Assembly: GCA_041742355.1 (NCBI GenBank)
Contig: JBGSIV010000009.1
Location: 1-17,303, forward strand
Length of the DNA stretch: 17,303 bases
Source: Candidatus Zixiibacteriota bacterium
Lineage (GTDB): Bacteria > Zixibacteria > MSB-5A5 > GN15 > FEB-12
Reading direction: 5' to 3'
Part shown: positions 1 through 6,502 of the stretch, piece by piece
Numbering within the stretch: position 1 is the first letter of the stretch
How the letters are laid out: the number at the start of each line of letters is the position of its first letter
The notes under the pieces: model-generated
What the model saw: the letters and a program-made list of their open reading frames with translations, nothing else
Database searches by the model: none
Told to the model about the DNA's origin: nothing
Position numbers and translations under genes: made by a program

Positions 1-264
1 CACGAGAGCTACCAACTGAGCGCTACTGACCTGCTTCCTTGAGTCTTGAGCGTGTGATCCTCGCATGCGGGACGGGGTCTCGGCTATCCAGGCTTACTCC
101 TCTTGGCCGGGCACCCCTCCCGCATGGGAGGGAGGAACGAGGCGGAGTACCTACAGATAGCGCGTCGACTGACAATATGATTACTGAAGTGCCAAGGGTC
201 CAAAACCAATTGCGATGGAGGAATTACTGCATGTGCCAGACCATCGTCCATTTGGGGTCTATCT

Positions 265-273
265 TGATATACT
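265..273 (+). promoter_or_regulatory. Putative extended -10 promoter (TGnTATACT) for the lipoprotein/small membrane protein unit
   Basis: TGATATACT at 265-273, 29 nt upstream of the ATG at 303; SD-like AAGGAG at 288-293; no good -35. Confidence 0.5.
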
Positions 274-302
274 CTACACTCGTTCGGAAGGAGAACTTCA
301 TC

Positions 303-1220
303 ATGCTGCAGTCAAAGATGTCTCTTACAGCGACTCTCTCGGTACTGGCTGTGTTTGCCATGTGTCTTGTTTCGGGCTGCGACCAAGATAATCAGGGGCT
401 GTATCGATCAACCAATACAGATGGAGAGTACCAGTATGTCTATCAGTTTGACCCTGACAACGTAAGTGTGTCAATGCAACTCGAAAACAGCCTGGTACAT
501 CTGTATAACCCGTTGCTCGACGGTGCGAACAACCGGGTGGTTTTGCCATATCAAACAAAATTGGGCACAAGCGCTCTCGAAAGTCGGCTGCTGATTGTGT
601 CATCAGAGGCGGGTGGCGTTTCTTCCTTTGAAGCCAGAATCTATGACGACAGCAGCCGATCAATACTGCTCTGCAAGGTCGAAATATCGCCAACCGACTC
701 GAATACTATCTATTTCTACGAGGTGACGGCAACGGACACGCTCATGATCCAGAGAACTCTTGTTGACGACCGAATCCACGAGACGTACCTTCTTAACGGC
801 AAGTCATACGATTTGGATTTCACTATACCAGAACTTGAGGGGTACTTGCTCATCTGCGACAGGGGAATTCCTCTGGATCATGCATTGAGCGGCGCGCCTC
901 AGGATGCGGAGGGCAAATTTTCGAAATTTGCCAGATTTAATGAATTCTATCAAGAGGACTTGAGTATTAACAGCAATCGTGACGGGGAGATCCTGACAGA
1001 ATTGCTGACCACCGCCGAGTTTCAGGCGTGGTTTATTGCCGCCAAGTCCGATTTGGGCGTTGGCACGGATCCGGGATTAACTATCTCTGCCGAGAAGGTG
1101 TGTGGTATCGCCGGAGTTACTGCATTCGCTAAGTGCTGGTTCGGCGGCATTGCCAACTTCGTCTGCGTGGCTGCCACGGGCACATCGTTGGCCTGCTCGA
1201 TAGCCGCGATAGCCGGCTAA
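303..1220 (+). CDS. Putative lipoprotein (305 aa) with a C-terminal Cys-rich hydrophobic peptide, resembling a bacteriocin precursor
   Basis: Start moved from 39 to the ATG at 303 on the basis of SD AAGGAG and signal peptide MLQSKMSLTATLSVLAVFAMCLVSG|C (lipobox VSGC, Cys26); C-terminus CGIAGVTAFAKCWFGGIANFVCVAATGTSLACSIAAIAG; GC lower than in neighbouring genes. Confidence 0.75.
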   Translation: MLQSKMSLTATLSVLAVFAMCLVSGCDQDNQGLYRSTNTDGEYQYVYQFDPDNVSVSMQLENSLVHLYNPLLDGANNRVVLPYQTKLGTSALESRLLIVSSEAGGVSSFEARIYDDSSRSILLCKVEISPTDSNTIYFYEVTATDTLMIQRTLVDDRIHETYLLNGKSYDLDFTIPELEGYLLICDRGIPLDHALSGAPQDAEGKFSKFARFNEFYQEDLSINSNRDGEILTELLTTAEFQAWFIAAKSDLGVGTDPGLTISAEKVCGIAGVTAFAKCWFGGIANFVCVAATGTSLACSIAAIAG

Positions 1221-1235
1221 TCAGAAGGGAGAACC

Positions 1236-1478
1236 ATGGAGCCGTTTCTGGACATTGTCGTTCTTGCCCTCATGGTGATCGGCTTGACCCTGGTCATTAT
1301 TGCCCAGACCAGGAGAACAGCCAACCACCCGTCGGCCCCGACACTCAACTTTCGATACTGGATACCGCTCTGGCAAACGAGAGACTGGTTTACGCCGGCG
1401 GGGTTCCGGTATCACATCTGGGGATGGTCGATCTTCTCAATCGGTGTGATGGGGATGGTCCTGCGGTACCTGTGCTGA
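1236..1478 (+). CDS. Small two-TM membrane protein (80 aa), possible immunity protein
   Basis: 15 bp after the upstream stop, SD AAGGGAG; hydrophobic segments FLDIVVLALMVIGLTLVIIA and IWGWSIFSIGVMGMVL. Confidence 0.7.
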   Translation: MEPFLDIVVLALMVIGLTLVIIAQTRRTANHPSAPTLNFRYWIPLWQTRDWFTPAGFRYHIWGWSIFSIGVMGMVLRYLC

Positions 1479-1521
1479 AAAGGAGGTTCCTCCATGTGGT
1501 CCAACCTTCTCCCGGGTGCGC

Positions 1522-1546
1522 GGGTGCCCCAACGCTTGCGTTGGGA
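1522..1546. repeat. REP-like hairpin (GGGTG-prefixed)
   Basis: GGGTGC followed by CCCAACGC-TT-GCGTTGGG, a perfect 8-bp inverted repeat. Confidence 0.45.
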
Positions 1547-1559
1547 AGAGATTCTGACT

Positions 1560-1595
1560 GTAGGGCGGGAGTCCCTCCGACTCCCGCCTTTGTGT
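1560..1595 (+). repeat. GTAG-type REP-like hairpin, may also terminate transcription of the two-gene unit
   Basis: GTAG + GGCGGGAGTC-CCTCC-GACTCCCGCC (10-bp stem, 5-nt loop) followed by TTTGTGT. Confidence 0.6.
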
Positions 1596-1623
1596 GCGCC
1601 TTTTCCCGTGGTCTTCTTCCTGA

Positions 1624-1651
1624 GTAGGTCAAGATCCCTGCGATCTTGACC
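1624..1651 (+). repeat. GTAG-type REP-like hairpin
   Basis: GTAG whose last G opens the stem GGTCAAGATC-CCTGC-GATCTTGACC (10-bp stem, 5-nt loop). Confidence 0.6.
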
Positions 1652-1656
1652 CCTCA

Positions 1657-1677
1657 AGGTCGCGCCCCGCGACCTAA
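1657..1677 (-). repeat. Short REP-like hairpin in opposite orientation
   Basis: AGGTCGCG-CCC-CGCGACCT; on the minus strand it begins TTAGGTCGCG. Confidence 0.4.
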
Positions 1678-1819
1678 TCCCCTCCTGCAAAATCACATGC
1701 AAACTGATGGAGATCGAGCGTCGGTCCACGTAAGTAAAAGACAGAGTGTACGGAAGGTAGGAGGCAGCGTGTCCGCAAGAGGAGATGCAAGGCAAATGTG
1801 CGGCCAGAGTCCATTGGCT

Positions 1820-1885
1820 GTCACCCCGGCTTGTTTTCCGTCACCCCGACTTCTTCTCTGTCAGCCCGGCGGAGGCCGGGCCCCA
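1820..1885 (+). repeat. Three tandem GTCA(C/G)CCCG units with 20-bp period, the last forming a complete REP-like hairpin
   Basis: GTCACCCCGGCTT (1820), GTCACCCCGACTT (1840), GTCAGCCCGGC-GGAG-GCCGGGCCCCA (1860). Confidence 0.6.
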
Positions 1886-1921
1886 GTCACGCCCAGGACA
1901 TCGGTATGTTGAGATTAGCCA

Positions 1922-2071
1922 AAACGAACCCAACGGTAGGTCGGTGTTCCGAGGGGCGTCGGCCCCGAGAAACCCGACATGGCGGACAATCCAAAATTGC
2001 TCAAACGAACCCAAAAAAAACTGGCCGGGGCTACATACGCGCGCCGGCCGAAAATTGCCAAACGAACCCAA
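1922..2071 (+). repeat. Three exact 12-bp direct repeats AAACGAACCCAA
   Basis: Copies at 1922-1933, 2003-2014 and 2060-2071; copies 2 and 3 are both preceded by AAAATTGC; periods of 81 and 57 bp. Confidence 0.85.
1936..1978 (+). repeat. GTAG-type REP-like hairpin between direct repeats 1 and 2
   Basis: GTAG + GTCGG...GGGGC-GTCG-GCCCC...CCGAC nested inverted repeat. Confidence 0.5.
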
Positions 2072-2084
2072 TCCCCCTCCGTCC

Positions 2085-2109
2085 CCCTTCGACTCCGCTC
2101 AGGGTGACG
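2085..2109 (-). repeat. CGTC-type REP element
   Basis: Minus strand reads CGTCACCCTGAGCGGAGTCGAAGGG, a REP-like motif I recognise as widespread (PFDSAQG in translation). Confidence 0.65.
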
Positions 2110-2148
2110 CCCGTTATATAAATATCTGCTCCGCAACGACTTACCTCC

Positions 2149-3954
2149 CTACCGCTCGATCTTCAGCGCCGCCAGGAAGGCCTCCTGCGGAATCTCCACC
2201 TTCCCGAACTGCTTCATCCGCTTCTTCCCCTCCTTCTGACGTTCCAGCAGCTTCCGCTTCCGCGAAATATCCCCCCCGTAACACTTCGCCGTCACATTCT
2301 TCCGCAGCGGCTTCACCGTCGCCCGGCTCACAATCCGGCTCCCGATCGCCGCCTGGATCACCACTTCGTACATCTGCCTCGGGATCAGCTCCCGCAGCTT
2401 GTCGTTGAGGTTCTTCCCCCAGCTGTACGCCCGGTCCCGGTGAATGATCACCGACAGTGCGTCCACCGGCTCCGCATTGACCAGGATATCGAGCTTCACC
2501 AGGTCCGACCTGCGGTAGTATGGCACCCCGTAGTCGAACGACGCATAGCCGCGCGTTACCGACTTGAGCTTGTCGTAGAAGTCGAAGATGATCTCCGACA
2601 GCGGGAACGCGTAGGAGATGTTCGCCCGCACCGCCGACAGGTACTCGGTCGTCTTGTATTCGCCTCGGCGCTCTGTCGCCAGCTTCATGATCGCCCCGAC
2701 ATAATCGCTCGGCACGATGATCTGGGCGTCGACAAACGGCTCCTGGACATGATCCGTCTCCTGCGGCGGCGGCATGTCGGCCGGGTTGTCGACAATCGCC
2801 ACCGAGCCGTCGGTCTTGTACACGTGGTACTCAACGTTGGGAACCGTGTTGATAATGACCTGCCCGTATTCGCGCGACAGGCGTTCGGTCACGATCTCCA
2901 TGTGCAGGAGGCCTAGGAACCCGACGCGGAACCCGAACCCCAGGGCCTGCGACGACTCCGGCGTGAACGTCAGCGACGAATCATTGAGCGCGAGTTTCTC
3001 CAGCGCCTCCCGCAACTGCGTGAAGTCTTCCGTCACCGCCGGGTACAGCCCCGAGAACACCATCGGCTTGACATTGACAAACCCCGGCAGCATGGTCGCC
3101 GCCGGATTCGCCACCGTCGTCACCGTGTCGCCGATCTTGGTGTCGGCCACTTCCTTGATGGAGGCGAACAGGTATCCCACTTCGCCCGCCGTCAGTTGCT
3201 CCGCCGGCACCGTGCCGAGCCGGAGGTATCCCACCTCGTCGACATCGTACACCTTGCCGGTCGCCATCATGCGAACCTTGTCGTGGTTGCGCAGTGTCCC
3301 GTTGACGATCCGCACCAGCGGCATCGCCCCCCGGTAGCTGTCGTACACAGAGTCGAACACCATTGCCTGCAGCGGCGCGTCGGGATCCCCCGTCGGCGGC
3401 GGGATCTTCTTGACGATCGCTTCGAGCACTTCGGTGATTCCCGTTCCCATCTTGGCCGACACCGCCAGCACCTCCTCCGGCTTGACTCCGAGCAGGTCCA
3501 CCAGTTCGGCGATCACTTTCTGCGGTTCGGCATTCGGGAGGTCGATCTTGTTGAGCACGGGGAGGATTTCGAGGTCGTGCTCCATCGCCAGGTACAGGTT
3601 CGACAGTGTCTGGGCTTCGATTCCCTGCGAGGCGTCCACCACCAGCACCGCCCCTTCGCAGGCCTCCAGCGACCGGCTCACCTCGTAGGTGAAATCGACA
3701 TGCCCGGGAGTGTCGATCAGATTGAGGTTGTAAATCTCGCCGTCGGAGGCTTTGTACAGGAGGCGAATTGCGTGCGCCTTGATCGTGATCCCCCGTTCCC
3801 GTTCCAGGTCCATGGAGTCGAGCACCTGCTCGCGCATCTGGCGGTCGGAAATGGTCTTGGTCGTCTGCAGCAAACGATCGGCCAGTGTCGACTTGCCATG
3901 GTCGATGTGGGCGATAATCGAGAAATTGCGTATGTTCTTGAGCTTCGTATTCAT
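2149..3954 (-). CDS. lepA: Translation elongation factor 4 (LepA), 601 aa
   Basis: [41 protein letters not shown]-terminal [25 protein letters not shown]; start trimmed to [11 protein letters not shown] at 3954. Confidence 0.98.
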   Translation of the reverse strand: MNTKLKNIRNFSIIAHIDHGKSTLADRLLQTTKTISDRQMREQVLDSMDLERERGITIKAHAIRLLYKASDGEIYNLNLIDTPGHVDFTYEVSRSLEACEGAVLVVDASQGIEAQTLSNLYLAMEHDLEILPVLNKIDLPNAEPQKVIAELVDLLGVKPEEVLAVSAKMGTGITEVLEAIVKKIPPPTGDPDAPLQAMVFDSVYDSYRGAMPLVRIVNGTLRNHDKVRMMATGKVYDVDEVGYLRLGTVPAEQLTAGEVGYLFASIKEVADTKIGDTVTTVANPAATMLPGFVNVKPMVFSGLYPAVTEDFTQLREALEKLALNDSSLTFTPESSQALGFGFRVGFLGLLHMEIVTERLSREYGQVIINTVPNVEYHVYKTDGSVAIVDNPADMPPPQETDHVQEPFVDAQIIVPSDYVGAIMKLATERRGEYKTTEYLSAVRANISYAFPLSEIIFDFYDKLKSVTRGYASFDYGVPYYRRSDLVKLDILVNAEPVDALSVIIHRDRAYSWGKNLNDKLRELIPRQMYEVVIQAAIGSRIVSRATVKPLRKNVTAKCYGGDISRKRKLLERQKEGKKRMKQFGKVEIPQEAFLAALKIER

Positions 3955-3984
3955 ATGTCCGTTCTGTTCCTTCACAGGCGGCAG

Positions 3985-4013
3985 AAGATACCGCAGTTCG
4001 GCCCCAAAGTCAA
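3985..4013 (-). promoter_or_regulatory. Sigma70-type promoter of lepA
   Basis: Minus strand TTGACT-17 bp-TATCTT, 30 nt upstream of the ATG at 3954. Confidence 0.7.
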
Positions 4014-4099
4014 ACGCAACGAATCCGGCTGTCCGGGGCTGTCGCGCCGCCCCCGGCGGTGCCGCAGCCGGTCCGCGCCACCCCACCCGGGCGATAGTA

Positions 4100-4141
4100 G
4101 ATCAAGAATCTCCTTGATCCTGCATGGAGGCGCCATATATT
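4100..4141 (+). promoter_or_regulatory. Putative promoter of the secreted fibre-like gene, with an overlapping inverted repeat
   Basis: TTGATC(4114)-16 bp-TATATT(4136); GATCAAG-N6-CTTGATC at 4100-4119 overlaps the -35. Confidence 0.4.
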
Positions 4142-4275
4142 GTCGAGAGGATATCGCCACGACAGATCCGTCGGCGCCGGGGAAGCCACAACCGCCTGAC
4201 TGTCACTCACCGGGCACATACAACCCAGAATTCACGATTCGGAACCCACCTGACTCCTTTTGTAGGGATACCAGT

Positions 4276-5661
4276 ATGCGCTTACCGATTCTCGTCGCTC
4301 TCGGCCTGACGGCGCTTGCTGTCGTTGCCAACTCCACCGCTCCTTCCACCATGCACTACCAGGGCCAACTGACTGACGCCCTCGACAACCCGGCAGCCGA
4401 CGCCTCCTATTCGATGGTCTTTTCCATTTATGACGTTGCCGTCGGCGGGACGCCCTTGTGGACCGAAACGCAAAACGTAACGACCTCCGGCGGCCTCTTC
4501 AACGTGCTCCTCGGAACTATCAACCCGCTCACCTCCGCCTATTTCAACGGCGCCGAGCGCTACCTCGGCCTGACCATCGGCGCTGATCCAGAACTATCTC
4601 CCCGCACCCGGATCGCCTCAACCCCCTTCGCCCTGCGCACCCAGACTGTCGACGGCGCGTCCGGAGGCGCGGTATATGGCGATCTCTGGGTCATCCACGA
4701 CGACGGCAGCTTGAGCAAGATGTACTCCTCAGGGGACGGCGGCGCGGTGAACCTGTACGACCAGAATTCGTTCTTCCACAGCGGCATGGAACCCGATATG
4801 CACGGCTCCTCGGCCGGCTTTCTCTCAATCCGAAATGGCGTCAGCGGTTCTGCGCTCACGATCGATGGCAACGTCGGCGGCAGCCTCAGCCCCTCTCTCT
4901 ACATGGACGGCTTCGGCGGTGTTGTGAACATCGACCTCTCGCAGTCCGGCGACAACGCCGTCATCGTTCCCGACAACTCCGTCTCGGCGACGGAGATGTT
5001 CAACGAGCCGGGAATTGCCGCTTCGTTGCTGGATGATGTGGTGAACCTTACACCCGGGCCGACCATGCAGGATATAACGACCGTCACCCTGACCATTCCG
5101 GATGCCGGATACATCGTACTGAGCGCACAGGGTTGGCTCGCCCTGTCCGGCACGACCGGGGTCAACATGGGCATTTACCAGATCGATGAAACGGCCGGGG
5201 GACAGAGCGAGACGCCGCATACCGCGTACACCGGCGCCTTTTCGTTCGGCGACACACTTCTGAGTTACCATCCGCTGACTACGGAGCGCGTTTACTTCAA
5301 GCCGGCCGGTACCTACACTTTCCGTCTTGAGGCGAACAAACATCAGTTCTCGACCGGCAACACCGCGCTCTGGTGGCCGAAACTCACCGCCGTGTACTAT
5401 CCGACATCGTATGGCGCAGTTCAAACGTCGGTGTCTGCCGGCGAGAGTGCCGCTTTTGGATCAGCCATCCCCGTTTCCATGTCGACAAAGCCCCTGCCTG
5501 ACGGCACTGCCGCATCGGCAGGTTCCATCGTCGATTTGCGTGAACTTGAACTGAAAGAGGCGAGGCAGCGTGCCGATCTGGCCGAAACTCAGCGCAAGCT
5601 GGCGGAAGCCCGCCTGCAGGAACAGAGGAAGGACCGCCCCGCCCTCGAACAACGCCGATAG
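4276..5661 (+). CDS. Secreted fibre/adhesin-like protein (461 aa)
   Basis: Start moved from 3196 (antisense to lepA) to the ATG at 4276; signal peptide MRLPILVALGLTALAVVANS; N-terminal YQGQLTD...FSIYD...GG.PLWTE...GLFNVLLG...ELSPR..IASTPFAL module typical of 'tail fibre domain' surface proteins; beta-rich C-terminal half and terminal coiled coil. Confidence 0.8.
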   Translation: MRLPILVALGLTALAVVANSTAPSTMHYQGQLTDALDNPAADASYSMVFSIYDVAVGGTPLWTETQNVTTSGGLFNVLLGTINPLTSAYFNGAERYLGLTIGADPELSPRTRIASTPFALRTQTVDGASGGAVYGDLWVIHDDGSLSKMYSSGDGGAVNLYDQNSFFHSGMEPDMHGSSAGFLSIRNGVSGSALTIDGNVGGSLSPSLYMDGFGGVVNIDLSQSGDNAVIVPDNSVSATEMFNEPGIAASLLDDVVNLTPGPTMQDITTVTLTIPDAGYIVLSAQGWLALSGTTGVNMGIYQIDETAGGQSETPHTAYTGAFSFGDTLLSYHPLTTERVYFKPAGTYTFRLEANKHQFSTGNTALWWPKLTAVYYPTSYGAVQTSVSAGESAAFGSAIPVSMSTKPLPDGTAASAGSIVDLRELELKEARQRADLAETQRKLAEARLQEQRKDRPALEQRR

Positions 5662-5685
5662 TGCTCCCGCCGACCAATACCAACA

Positions 5686-5717
5686 GAAAGGCCCCGCCAT
5701 CAAGCGGGGCTTCTTCT
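5686..5717. terminator. Probable bidirectional intrinsic terminator
   Basis: GAAAG-GCCCCGC-CATCAA-GCGGGGC-TTCTTCT between convergent genes. Confidence 0.7.
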
Positions 5718-5740
5718 AAATCCTGCAGTTGAACCCGGCG

Positions 5741-6502
5741 CTACTTCGCCAGGTAATCCGCCAGCTTGTCGCGGAACTCGGCCTTGCGGATGTCCTTCTC
5801 GAGCACCCCGTTGTGGGCAATCGATAGAGAGGTCGTCTCCTCCGAAACCACCACCACCACGGCATCCGATACTTCGGAGACTCCGATCGCTGCCTTGTGG
5901 CGCATGCCGTAGAGCTTTCGGTAGCGCTGATTGGTCGTCAGTGGCAGAGAAGCGGCCGCCGCCACGACAAATTCGCCCGAGATAATCACCGCGCCGTCGT
6001 GCAGCGGCGTGTATGGTGTAAAGAGCGTCACCAGGAGCTCGCTCGACAGCTCGGCGTTGATCGCCTTGCCGGACTCGGCGAAGTTGCGCAGCCCCACGCG
6101 GCGTTCAACCACAATCAGCCCGCCGTAGCGCAGTTCCGACAGCCGCAGGGCCGCGCGGGAGACCTCTTCGAGGGATTTCTTGCGCTCCAGTTGCACGAGC
6201 TTGCGGAATATCCGCCGCTGCCCGATCTGGGCCAGTACGCTGCGCAGTTCCGGCTGGAATACTACAACCAGCACGATCAGGCCGAATGTCGCGAGGTTAG
6301 AAAACAGCCAGGTCAGCGCCTCGAGTTGAAACCAGTAGGAGATCGACGCAATTCCCGCAATCAGGAACAGCCCGACAATGATCTGCGCCGAACGCGTGCC
6401 CTTCATCAGCTTGAGGGCTTCGTAGATGATGAGCGTGACAATCAGAACGTCGATTGCATCCTTGACCCCGAACGAGGCGAAGCCCCACGTGAAGATTGTC
6501 AT
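5741..6502 (-). CDS. cdaA: Membrane-bound diadenylate cyclase CdaA/DacA (253 aa)
   Basis: Three N-terminal TM segments, VFQPELR, TPLHDGAV, GMRHKAAIGVSE, VVSEET; ATGA overlap with the folP stop. Confidence 0.93.
   Translation of the reverse strand: MTIFTWGFASFGVKDAIDVLIVTLIIYEALKLMKGTRSAQIIVGLFLIAGIASISYWFQLEALTWLFSNLATFGLIVLVVVFQPELRSVLAQIGQRRIFRKLVQLERKKSLEEVSRAALRLSELRYGGLIVVERRVGLRNFAESGKAINAELSSELLVTLFTPYTPLHDGAVIISGEFVVAAAASLPLTTNQRYRKLYGMRHKAAIGVSEVSDAVVVVVSEETTSLSIAHNGVLEKDIRKAEFRDKLADYLAK

Noticed and set aside
39..302. N-terminal 88 codons of the 393-aa ORF
   Set aside because: The extended -10, SD and lipoprotein signal peptide all point to the ATG at 303; the upstream part runs through hairpins
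1522..1978. Integron attC interpretation of the hairpins
   Set aside because: No RYYYAAC...GTTRRRY ends and no alternation of cassettes and sites
1922..2071. CRISPR array interpretation of the direct repeats
   Set aside because: The repeats are only 12-20 bp, spacing is unequal, the spacers are themselves hairpins and there are no cas genes in the window
1785..2408. 207-aa ORF with three in-frame NEP(N/K) motifs
   Set aside because: It is a translation of the DNA repeats and REP elements and overlaps the lepA 3' end in antisense; the in-frame periods (81, 57) may be chance
3196..4275. First 360 codons of the 821-aa ORF
   Set aside because: Antisense shadow of lepA plus intergenic DNA; the real gene starts at 4276 with a signal peptide
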